The translations under genes were made by a program, and so were the position numbers. 64,000 bases of DNA from Actinomycetes bacterium (GTDB lineage Bacteria > Actinomycetota > Actinomycetes > DATJPE01), in the NCBI GenBank assembly GCA_035506535.1, contig DATJPE010000063.1, positions 227,903 to 291,902 of the forward strand, in the 5' to 3' direction. Position 1 is the stretch's first letter. The number at the start of each line of letters is the position of its first letter. The notes under the pieces were generated by a model. The model saw only the letters and a program-made list of their open reading frames with translations, did not search any database and was not told the DNA's origin. Below are positions 33,236 through 40,300 of this stretch, piece after piece.

Positions 33236-35044
33236 TCAGCCGACGGTGAAGACGATGGTTCCGTTGTAGGTGCCGTTGATGGTGTTGGTCGGGGCGTTGA
33301 TGGTCAGGACCCCGTGCGCCTGCAGGGTTCCGTTGCCGCCACCGGTGGTGGTGGCGAAGGTGTGCACGCCCTTGGCCCCGCCGGTTCCCGTGCCCGTTCC
33401 GGGCTGGACACCGGCCAGTGCCGCGTTGTCGGTGTAGCGGACAACAGTTGCGGAGTTGCTCTTCGCGTCGGTGGCCCACCCGGTGAGGCCCACGTTCTGG
33501 CCGTCGATGACGTTGTTCGTCCCGGCCGGGCCGGCCGCCGGGCCGGTCAGGTCGGAGGCGTTCAGCGTCGCCGTCCAGTTCGGGTCACCGGCCAGCGTGC
33601 TGGTGATGGTGAGGTCCGGACCGCTTGCGGCCGGGAACTGGGCCGACGTGGTCAGCAGCGAGCCGTCCGCCGCGAGCTGCATCGCGGGCAGGACGAACGG
33701 GTTCGTCGCGGTGTACGGCGTGGTGATGGTGATGTAACCGGCGCTCACCGCCACCTGGATGCTCTGGGTGTCGGAGCAGGACTGCCCGGCCGGGTAGGCG
33801 GTCGGGTCACCCGGGCAGGTCTGGGCACCGAGGTGGAAGGTCACCGCGGCGCTGGTACCGGTCCCGAAGCTTCCCGTCCCGATGTAGCTCGCCACCACCG
33901 AGTGGTCGCCGACGGGGCTGGTGCCGCCGTTCAGCGCGGTCGTAGTGAAGGAGAAGTTGCCCGAGGAGTCCGGCCCGGTGAGAGTGCCGGCGAGCGGGGT
34001 GGTCGACCCGTCCGCGAACAGCGACAGGGTGCCGGTCAGGGCCGGCGAGCCGGCAGCGGCGCTCACCTGACCGGTGAAGGTCTGGGTCGTGAACGCGGTC
34101 GTGCCGCTCGTGCTGGCGCGTGCCAGCGTGACCGTCGGGATGATCAGTGGCGGACCGACGTGCACCGTCACCGTGCCCTGCGAACCCTGGACCAGCGTGC
34201 CCGCGGTCGGAGTGAACACCGCCTTGTAAGCGTGGTCCGTACCATTGGTCACCGCAGGAGGCGTGGTCGTCGTCGTGTAGGTGCCTGTCCCGGAGGTGAC
34301 CGCCTGCGAGCTGCCGATCGGTGTGGTTCCGTCATAGAACTGCAGCGTTCCGTTGCTCGCCGGGGCGATCGTGGCCGTGAGCGTCACCGTCGGCGGCGTC
34401 CCGGTGAACGGACCGGGCGGGTTCGCGGTCAGCGTGGTCGTCGTGGTGGTGATGGACGGGTAGACGAGCGACCACGTGCCGGCCGAGGTGTTCACCGAGA
34501 TGTCCGCCGCCCAGAACTGCCCCGTGGAGACGCCCGGGCCGGAGTCGTACAGCCGCAGCTGGTAGATCCCTGCGTATCCCGCAGTGGTGTCGCTAGTTGC
34601 ACCGCCGATGAAGCTGGCGATGTTCCCGTCGGTCGCGCCGAGGGTCACCACCGGGAACTGGAAGCCGGTGCTCGACGTGCCGGTCAGCGGCGCCGGGGCG
34701 GTGCTCGACGGGAAGTTGGTCGAGGCCGAGGCGCTGCCGGTGTACCAGGCCGTCGAGTCCGGCTTGGTGTGGTCGGGCGCCGCGAAGACGAGGCTGGCCT
34801 TGGTGGCGCCGGCCTGCTTCGCCGACGTCGCTGCCGCGTAGTCCGCGATGTGGTTGAGGTTGGTCCCGCCGGTGAGGACGTTGCCGGCGGAGTCGTACAG
34901 GACGAGGCTGCCCTGGGAGTTCGGGTCCGGCTCCCACGGCGGGGTGGTGGCCGCGTTCGCGGCACCGGCTCCCGCGGCGAGCGTCGCGCCGATGATCGCG
35001 ACGGCGGCAGCCCCCGCGATCAAGGGCCTGATCGTGCGCTTCAT
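33236..35044 (-). CDS. Secreted protein 'A' (602 aa): signal peptide, domain X, Thr-rich Ig-like middle region, C-terminal WxL-like domain.
   Basis: 'MKRTIRPLIAGAAAVAIIGATLAAGAGAANA'. 'TTPPWEPDPNSQGSLVLYDSAGNVLTGG' (domain X). The C-terminal about 250 aa are paralogous to protein B and end '...NTINGTYNGTIVFTVG', with 'GLTGWATD' in the first WxL-like position. Confidence 0.6.
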   Translation of the reverse strand: MKRTIRPLIAGAAAVAIIGATLAAGAGAANAATTPPWEPDPNSQGSLVLYDSAGNVLTGGTNLNHIADYAAATSAKQAGATKASLVFAAPDHTKPDSTAWYTGSASASTNFPSSTAPAPLTGTSSTGFQFPVVTLGATDGNIASFIGGATSDTTAGYAGIYQLRLYDSGPGVSTGQFWAADISVNTSAGTWSLVYPSITTTTTTLTANPPGPFTGTPPTVTLTATIAPASNGTLQFYDGTTPIGSSQAVTSGTGTYTTTTTPPAVTNGTDHAYKAVFTPTAGTLVQGSQGTVTVHVGPPLIIPTVTLARASTSGTTAFTTQTFTGQVSAAAGSPALTGTLSLFADGSTTPLAGTLTGPDSSGNFSFTTTALNGGTSPVGDHSVVASYIGTGSFGTGTSAAVTFHLGAQTCPGDPTAYPAGQSCSDTQSIQVAVSAGYITITTPYTATNPFVLPAMQLAADGSLLTTSAQFPAASGPDLTITSTLAGDPNWTATLNASDLTGPAAGPAGTNNVIDGQNVGLTGWATDAKSNSATVVRYTDNAALAGVQPGTGTGTGGAKGVHTFATTTGGGNGTLQAHGVLTINAPTNTINGTYNGTIVFTVG

Positions 35045-35077
35045 CAGGTACCTTTCTGGTCGTACCAGTGGGATAGC

Positions 35078-35107
35078 GGCGGGGCGGGCGGACAGGCCCG
35101 CCCCGCC
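35078..35107 (-). terminator. Perfect 12-bp GC hairpin downstream of the second PstS-like gene.
   Basis: GGCGGGGCGGGC ggacag GCCCGCCCCGCC, located 40 nt after the stop at 35147 and 35 nt before the start at 35044. Confidence 0.5.
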
Positions 35108-35146
35108 GTCGTGCTCCTGGCTTGTCTGCTCGGGGGGACTAGTGCG

Positions 35147-36454
35147 TCACGGCCCGAACTGGGTGAAGGCGTACGTCGGGACGACGCCCGCGGCGGAGAT
35201 GAGCGACTGCGCGGAGCTGGTGGCGAAGTACGGCGCCCCGCCGGGCCCGTACGTCGTCCCGCCGATCGTCACGCAGCCCGTGGTGTGGCCCGCACCGGAG
35301 CACGGGTTGTAGAACAGCGTGCGCACCCAGTTGAGCGTGCCGCCGGGCTGGAACACCTTGGTGCTGTTGATGTCAGCGTCCCGGAAGTACAGGTAGAGGC
35401 TGCGGTTGATGTTGAACAGCGAGCCCGACTTCGGGGTCCCGGTCGTCCAGTACTTGACGTTCGGGGTCAACGTGGTGTTGCCGGTGCACACGCTGGAGTA
35501 GCCGACGCAGCTCGGGTCCTTGAAGTAGCCGATCCCCGACCCGCCGTCGTTAGCGGTGCCGTCGCTGAGCTTGCCGAGGTAGAGGTTGAGCCGCCCGCTG
35601 GACATCGGCTCGATGGCGTCCGTCGGAGCGCCGGACGCGTCGATCGCCTCGGGGTCGTTCTCCTCGACGTTGGTGACGCAGCTGCCGGGTGTCGTCACAC
35701 CGATCGCCGACAGGAACGACGTGCGAGTGCCGGAGCCGATCTGCGGCAGCAGCGGCTTGATCGTGTCACTCGAGGTCCCACCGAGGGTGGGGTCGTTCCA
35801 CGTCGTGACCGAGCAGTTGTAGATGGCCTGAAGCTGTGTCGTGGACAGCGCCACCGCGTTGGTCGTCGACGAGCTCAGCATCGCCAGGCCGTCCGTGCCG
35901 ACCGTGATGCTGTCCATCGTGTTGCCGCCCGACCCTCGGGCCGAGGACGCGCGGGAGAAGTCCGCCAGGTGCTTGGTGTCGGCGACCAGGAAGTTGAACC
36001 CCGCACCGGAACCGTTCGGTCGCTGCACCGGCTGGGTACCGGCGCGCAGGACGATCGTCGGGTTCAGCGTGCAGGGGACGTCGCCCGTGTGGGTCGTGTT
36101 CTGGTTGCCGGTCCCCTGGGTGGCTCCGGTGCCGGGTGCGCAGTTGTTCGTCGCGCTGTTGCCCGGCGTGTTGCCCACGCCCTGGGGGCTGTAGGCCAAC
36201 CGCGCGTTCGCGTCGGCGGTGGCGTCGAAGCTCACCAGTTTGTTGGCGTTGCCGAGGGTGTTGTAACCGGTGTCGCCGAGGTGGTCCCCGTCGGCGACGA
36301 AGTCGACGAGATTCTGCAGCGTGTCGGATCCGACCCCGACGACGTCCTTGCTTGACGGTGCGTAGTCGGCCTGTGCGGCCGTGGTCGTCAGAGCGAGCGA
36401 CGCGGTGATCACACCGACCGTCGCCGCGCCGAGCAAGACCTTCTTGCGTCGCAT
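35147..36454 (-). CDS. PstS-family periplasmic phosphate-binding protein paralog (type 2 PBP), secreted.
   Basis: ATG at 36454 ('MRRKKVLLGAATVGVITASLALTTTAAQA'). 'VGVGSDTL', 'LSTTQLQAIYNCSVTTWNDP', 'IGSGTRTSFL' parallel PstS motifs ('LSGQTLAKIFTNKITNWDDP', 'GSGTSF'). The upstream 49 aa of the ORF are rejected. Confidence 0.6.
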   Translation of the reverse strand: MRRKKVLLGAATVGVITASLALTTTAAQADYAPSSKDVVGVGSDTLQNLVDFVADGDHLGDTGYNTLGNANKLVSFDATADANARLAYSPQGVGNTPGNSATNNCAPGTGATQGTGNQNTTHTGDVPCTLNPTIVLRAGTQPVQRPNGSGAGFNFLVADTKHLADFSRASSARGSGGNTMDSITVGTDGLAMLSSSTTNAVALSTTQLQAIYNCSVTTWNDPTLGGTSSDTIKPLLPQIGSGTRTSFLSAIGVTTPGSCVTNVEENDPEAIDASGAPTDAIEPMSSGRLNLYLGKLSDGTANDGGSGIGYFKDPSCVGYSSVCTGNTTLTPNVKYWTTGTPKSGSLFNINRSLYLYFRDADINSTKVFQPGGTLNWVRTLFYNPCSGAGHTTGCVTIGGTTYGPGGAPYFATSSAQSLISAAGVVPTYAFTQFGP

Positions 36455-36629
36455 GTGCAGGTCCCTTCCCGAAGTGGCAGGTGGAGCGCCCGTAGGCTCT
36501 CGGGTCCAGGTCGACGCGCACAGGCGTCCTGCGCTAACGCGAGATGAACCTCGGGCTGCCATCGGCTCGCATTCGGGCACAAGGGATCGCCGGTCCAACA
36601 ACGGGTGAACGAGGCCTCACGTGCGGGCG

Positions 36630-37598
36630 TCACATGAGGTTCGGCATCAGCTGGACGGCCACCGAGGTGACCCCCCAGAGGCAGGCCAGCAGGGCGGGGA
36701 CACCCACCACCCAGGTCTGCCAGGTGCCCCAGTAGACCCACGAGACGACGTACGTCGATGCCACGGCGACCAGGAGGAACAGCCACAGCACCAGCTGCAC
36801 GAGGACGCTGGTGTCGATGCTCATCGCCTGTTCTGCTGCCGGGACCGCGGCCGGACGACCGGGTGGTGCCGGGACGGACGTGCCGGCCAGGTCGGCGTCG
36901 ACGTAGACGACGCCGGTCGGGGCCCACACCGAGCGCCAACTCGCACCCTCGGCGCTGACCAGGGTCAACCGCCCATGCCCCGGCTGCACCGGCTGGGGAA
37001 AGCGGTCCCCGGCCCGCCTGATGTCGATGACGCGGTAGGTGAAGCGGCCCTGCCCCGTGACGACCGCGATCGCGTCCCCGCGGGCGAGGGTGCCGACGTT
37101 CTCGAACGGTCCCCCGAAGGTGCTCTCCCGGCCGTAGACGACACTGACGCCGGCCTGGCCCGGCAGCGGGGTGTCGCGACGGTGCCCGGGGCCGGCGATC
37201 AGGTCGCCGGACGTGGTGCCCTCGACGACGACCAGGTCGTGCAGCTCCAGGGCGGGGATGCTCAACAGGGCCACCGGCGCACCCGGGCGGATCAGTCCGC
37301 CCAGCGGCGCGGTCTCCTCGGCCAGCTGCTCGCGCAGTGTGTCGTAGCCAACGTGCTGGTCACGCCACTCCTGGAAGGAGCTCAGGACGACCCCGTAGAT
37401 CACCGCCCAGGCTGCGACCACCGCGGTGCACACGATCACGCCGGTGACGACCCGGCGGCGTGGAGTCGGTCGCGGACGGGCGGGCAGCCGCAGCCTCTTC
37501 GGCAGGCGCACGTGGACGCGCCGCCGCCGCCTGGCCTCGGGGACGACGTCGGGGGGATCCTCGACGACGGTCACCGGCGACCGAGCCCGCTGTTCCAC
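36630..37598 (-). CDS. Sortase-fold protein with catalytic His and Cys substituted (probable pseudo-sortase). N-terminal TM plus two C-terminal TM helices.
   Basis: Aligns residue-for-residue with the bona fide SrtE at 20208-21032: 'LPGQAGVSVVYGRESTFGGPFENVGTLARGDAIAVVT' vs 'LPGEVGNFAVAGHRATNGQPLANIPRVTVGSYVYVRT' (His to Arg), and 'GRLTLVSAEGASWRS' vs 'ARLTITTCNPRWAS' (Cys to Ala). Starts within or at the end of the upstream 909-aa gene. Confidence 0.6.
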   Translation of the reverse strand: MEQRARSPVTVVEDPPDVVPEARRRRRVHVRLPKRLRLPARPRPTPRRRVVTGVIVCTAVVAAWAVIYGVVLSSFQEWRDQHVGYDTLREQLAEETAPLGGLIRPGAPVALLSIPALELHDLVVVEGTTSGDLIAGPGHRRDTPLPGQAGVSVVYGRESTFGGPFENVGTLARGDAIAVVTGQGRFTYRVIDIRRAGDRFPQPVQPGHGRLTLVSAEGASWRSVWAPTGVVYVDADLAGTSVPAPPGRPAAVPAAEQAMSIDTSVLVQLVLWLFLLVAVASTYVVSWVYWGTWQTWVVGVPALLACLWGVTSVAVQLMPNLM

Positions 37599-40300
37599 AC
37601 CGCCGCGACCAGCGCAAGCACCACGAGGACCAGCAGCGCCGGGAACGCCAGCGCGGCCGGCCCCGGCCGCACGCCGACCGTCTTGCCGGTGAGGACCACC
37701 GCGATCTTCGACGGACTCGGCGACGACGACGGCGACGGCTTCGGTCTGGCGGAGGAGGAGCTCGTCGAGGGCGCGGCTGCGGTTGAAGGGCTCCCCGCGG
37801 CCGACGGCTCACCGCCGGTTGTGCCGGTCCCCGCCTCGCTCGTGGTGGAGGGCGTGGGACTGACGGATGGCGTCGGCGTCGGCGTCGGGGCCGGGTCGCC
37901 GTTGACGTAGGGCACCACGCCCTGCTGCTGCTCGACGGCCTGTGCGGCCGTCCGGGTGTAGGCCGCGAGACCGGCCAGATGGTTGGCCGCGGTCATCGGC
38001 AGGTAGCCGACGGGCAGCTGCCCTTGGTCGAGACCCGGCTGCTGACCTACCCCCGCCGCGAAGCGCAGTAAGTCGGCGTAGTGCGCGGCGTCGGCGGCGG
38101 GGAGCCCCTGCGTCGGGACGTCGAGGGACAGCACGAGGATGCCCGGGTACGCCTGCTCGCCGGCCGCGCGCGTGCGCAGCGCGGCGTACGGGACCGGCCA
38201 CGTCCCGAGCTGCTTGTCTGGCTCGAGCATCGCCGCGGCGGCCCGCAGCCCGTCGTCGCTTGGTCCGACGAACGTGCGGCCGGTCGCGTCGGTGAGCGCC
38301 GTCCCGCTCCCGCTGCTGACGTGGGTCTGCAGCTGGGCGACGTTGAGCTGGTAGCGCTCCGCGTCCGCCAGAGACACCAGCCCGAGGATGAAGCGGTACC
38401 CCGGGTTCTCCCGGCCGAGCGCGACCAGCTTCTGGTTCTGCTGGCCGGCGTTCTGGCAGTTGATCTGGGAGTTGGCGATGTCGAACTGCATGTTCAGGCT
38501 GATCGTGGCCGGGTTCGACACCGGTGCGGCGACGAGCGGCAGCCAGGGGGTCGGGCTGAGCGCGAGGCACGGGTTTCCAGCCTGCAGACCCTTGGGGATG
38601 AACGTGTCCCGTAGCGGCCACGTCGAGACCGGGAGCTTGATCCCCTTGTACGCGGGGTTGACGACCATCCCCCATGGGTCGGGGCGCCCGTCGAGCCACG
38701 CACGCGCCTCCGGGTCGGCGTTGATGTAGCTGGTCAGCGCGGTCAGCACGTCGGAGTCGCTCGACATGATCGCCAGCGTCGCGGCCGGCTCGAGGTTGTA
38801 GCCGAGGCTCACGACTCCGGGGTTGAGCGCGCGGAACTCTGGGTCGTGGCCGATGTCGATCGGGTTCCCCGACAGCGCCTTGTCCTCGCTCTTCATCGTC
38901 GGGTTCGAGGGATAGGACTCGGTGAGCAGCTTGGCGAGCAGCCGCGGAGTCAGCTTGAGGTCTGGATGGACCCCGCCGCTCTGGTCGTCCACCGAATAGG
39001 CGATCGCGAACCCGCTGACGGCGACTGGCGCCTGCACCACCGGCTGGGGGAAAGGTTCGTCCGGCGGCCCGGCCTGGACGGCTGCTTCGACACTGCCCGC
39101 GCGCAGCAGGTTCTTCGCCTGCGGCTCGCTGGTCTGCACGTGCTGGAACTTGAACAGCTTGGGGTCGAGACAGAACCTCGGCGCCCACTGCTCCGTGGCC
39201 TGCGCGAGCGCCTCGGAGCCGTACAGGTAGATCGGCTGTCCGTTGCTGACCAGGTTGCAGACCCCCGCGGACGGGGCGAAGGTCAGCGGGACCGAGATCC
39301 GGTTGCGCCAGTTGGACGCGCTCCACCACAGCTCACCGCTGACCGACAGGTCCTCGCTCTCCCAGGTCCCGTAGTTGTAGTCGCCCGGTGCGTACTTGCC
39401 GGTCGCCGCGCACTCCGACTCGATGGTCGGGACCAGCGAGGGGTCGGGCGCCTCCGAGGCCGGTAGCTGCGCACCCGCGGCGTCACAGCTGATGCCCATG
39501 ATCGGGATGATCACCAGCGAGCAGGTGACCGTGTCCGAGCAGCCCATGGACGCGTTGGAGTCCACCGTCTGCACCACGAACTTGATCGAGCCCGCCCCGG
39601 TCTTGTCGCTCGCGCCGTACGTCGTGTTCCCCGGCTGCAGCGACTCGTCCGCGTTGGCCGCCTCGGGGGCCATGCCGGCGCAGCCGAGGGAGCCGCCCGG
39701 GTAGACGGTGCCGTTGGCGGCCACGAAGGGGATCCAGTGCTGCACGCCGGCGTCCGAGCCGGCGCACGCCTTCGGCAGCGGGCTGGGCTCGCCGACCTTC
39801 TCGGCGCGGTCGGCCGTCGTGGCGTAGCGATCCATCCGGTACGGGGGGTAGTTGAACACGTAGTCGGACTGGAAGCGTTCGGCGGGCGTCTGGGTCCAGC
39901 AGGTCTGCGGTGACAGCCGCTTCGAGGCCGGCACCGACGTGCTGTCGATGCCGCGGCACTCCATGACGACGACGGGGTACTCCTGCTGCGCGGCGAGCGC
40001 GGAGTTCTGGTCGCCCACCAGCCCGCCGGTCGGGTGCGCGCCCGACCAGCTCACGTTGATCGTCTGCCGGTCGCGAAGCTGCTCGGTGTCGTCGACGTGA
40101 ACGGTGACGCTACGGCTGTCGACCGGCACGTCCTGGCCCGCCACGAGGTTCACCCGGTCGATGGTCTTGGTCTTGGCGAAGCCGGTGTCGGCGGAACCGG
40201 CCGCCCGGGCCGTACCGGCCGACGCCGGCAACGCCAGCCCCGCGGCCGCGAGGAGCGCGACCAGCGCGAGGCCGAGCCTTGACGGCAGCTTCCGCGTCAT
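37571..40300 (-). CDS. Large secreted protein (909 aa): signal peptide, Cys-rich N-terminal region, central PstS-like PBP-fold region, Pro/Thr/Ser linker, C-terminal TM anchor.
   Basis: The ATG at 40300 overlaps the pstS stop (ATGA). 'MTRKLPSRLGLALVALLAAAGLALPASA'. 'YLYGSEALAQATEQW', 'LTPRLLAKLLTESYP', 'VAVSGFAIAY' echo PstS 'IQGSGSSWSANAVNQW', 'LSGQTLAKIFTNKI', 'AIGYDEYSY'. C-terminus '...PTPTPTPSVSPTPST...ALLVLVVLALVAAVWNSGLGRR'. The N-terminal 460 aa of the 1369-aa ORF-track entry are out-of-frame overlap with pstS and are rejected. Confidence 0.6.
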   Translation of the reverse strand: MTRKLPSRLGLALVALLAAAGLALPASAGTARAAGSADTGFAKTKTIDRVNLVAGQDVPVDSRSVTVHVDDTEQLRDRQTINVSWSGAHPTGGLVGDQNSALAAQQEYPVVVMECRGIDSTSVPASKRLSPQTCWTQTPAERFQSDYVFNYPPYRMDRYATTADRAEKVGEPSPLPKACAGSDAGVQHWIPFVAANGTVYPGGSLGCAGMAPEAANADESLQPGNTTYGASDKTGAGSIKFVVQTVDSNASMGCSDTVTCSLVIIPIMGISCDAAGAQLPASEAPDPSLVPTIESECAATGKYAPGDYNYGTWESEDLSVSGELWWSASNWRNRISVPLTFAPSAGVCNLVSNGQPIYLYGSEALAQATEQWAPRFCLDPKLFKFQHVQTSEPQAKNLLRAGSVEAAVQAGPPDEPFPQPVVQAPVAVSGFAIAYSVDDQSGGVHPDLKLTPRLLAKLLTESYPSNPTMKSEDKALSGNPIDIGHDPEFRALNPGVVSLGYNLEPAATLAIMSSDSDVLTALTSYINADPEARAWLDGRPDPWGMVVNPAYKGIKLPVSTWPLRDTFIPKGLQAGNPCLALSPTPWLPLVAAPVSNPATISLNMQFDIANSQINCQNAGQQNQKLVALGRENPGYRFILGLVSLADAERYQLNVAQLQTHVSSGSGTALTDATGRTFVGPSDDGLRAAAAMLEPDKQLGTWPVPYAALRTRAAGEQAYPGILVLSLDVPTQGLPAADAAHYADLLRFAAGVGQQPGLDQGQLPVGYLPMTAANHLAGLAAYTRTAAQAVEQQQGVVPYVNGDPAPTPTPTPSVSPTPSTTSEAGTGTTGGEPSAAGSPSTAAAPSTSSSSARPKPSPSSSPSPSKIAVVLTGKTVGVRPGPAALAFPALLVLVVLALVAAVWNSGLGRR

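Noticed and set aside
32933-36355. 1140-aa plus-strand ORF (Arg/Gly/Asp-rich)
   Set aside because: Antisense to four well-supported minus-strand genes (DUF916-like, protein A, PstS paralog). Composition (poly-R/G, 'RRGRRR') is typical of out-of-frame translation of 72% GC DNA. No domain recognisable.
36630-37598. Calling this gene a functional second sortase (class E/F)
   Set aside because: The aligned catalytic His and Cys positions are Arg and Ala. It is therefore reported as a sortase-fold pseudoenzyme rather than as srt.
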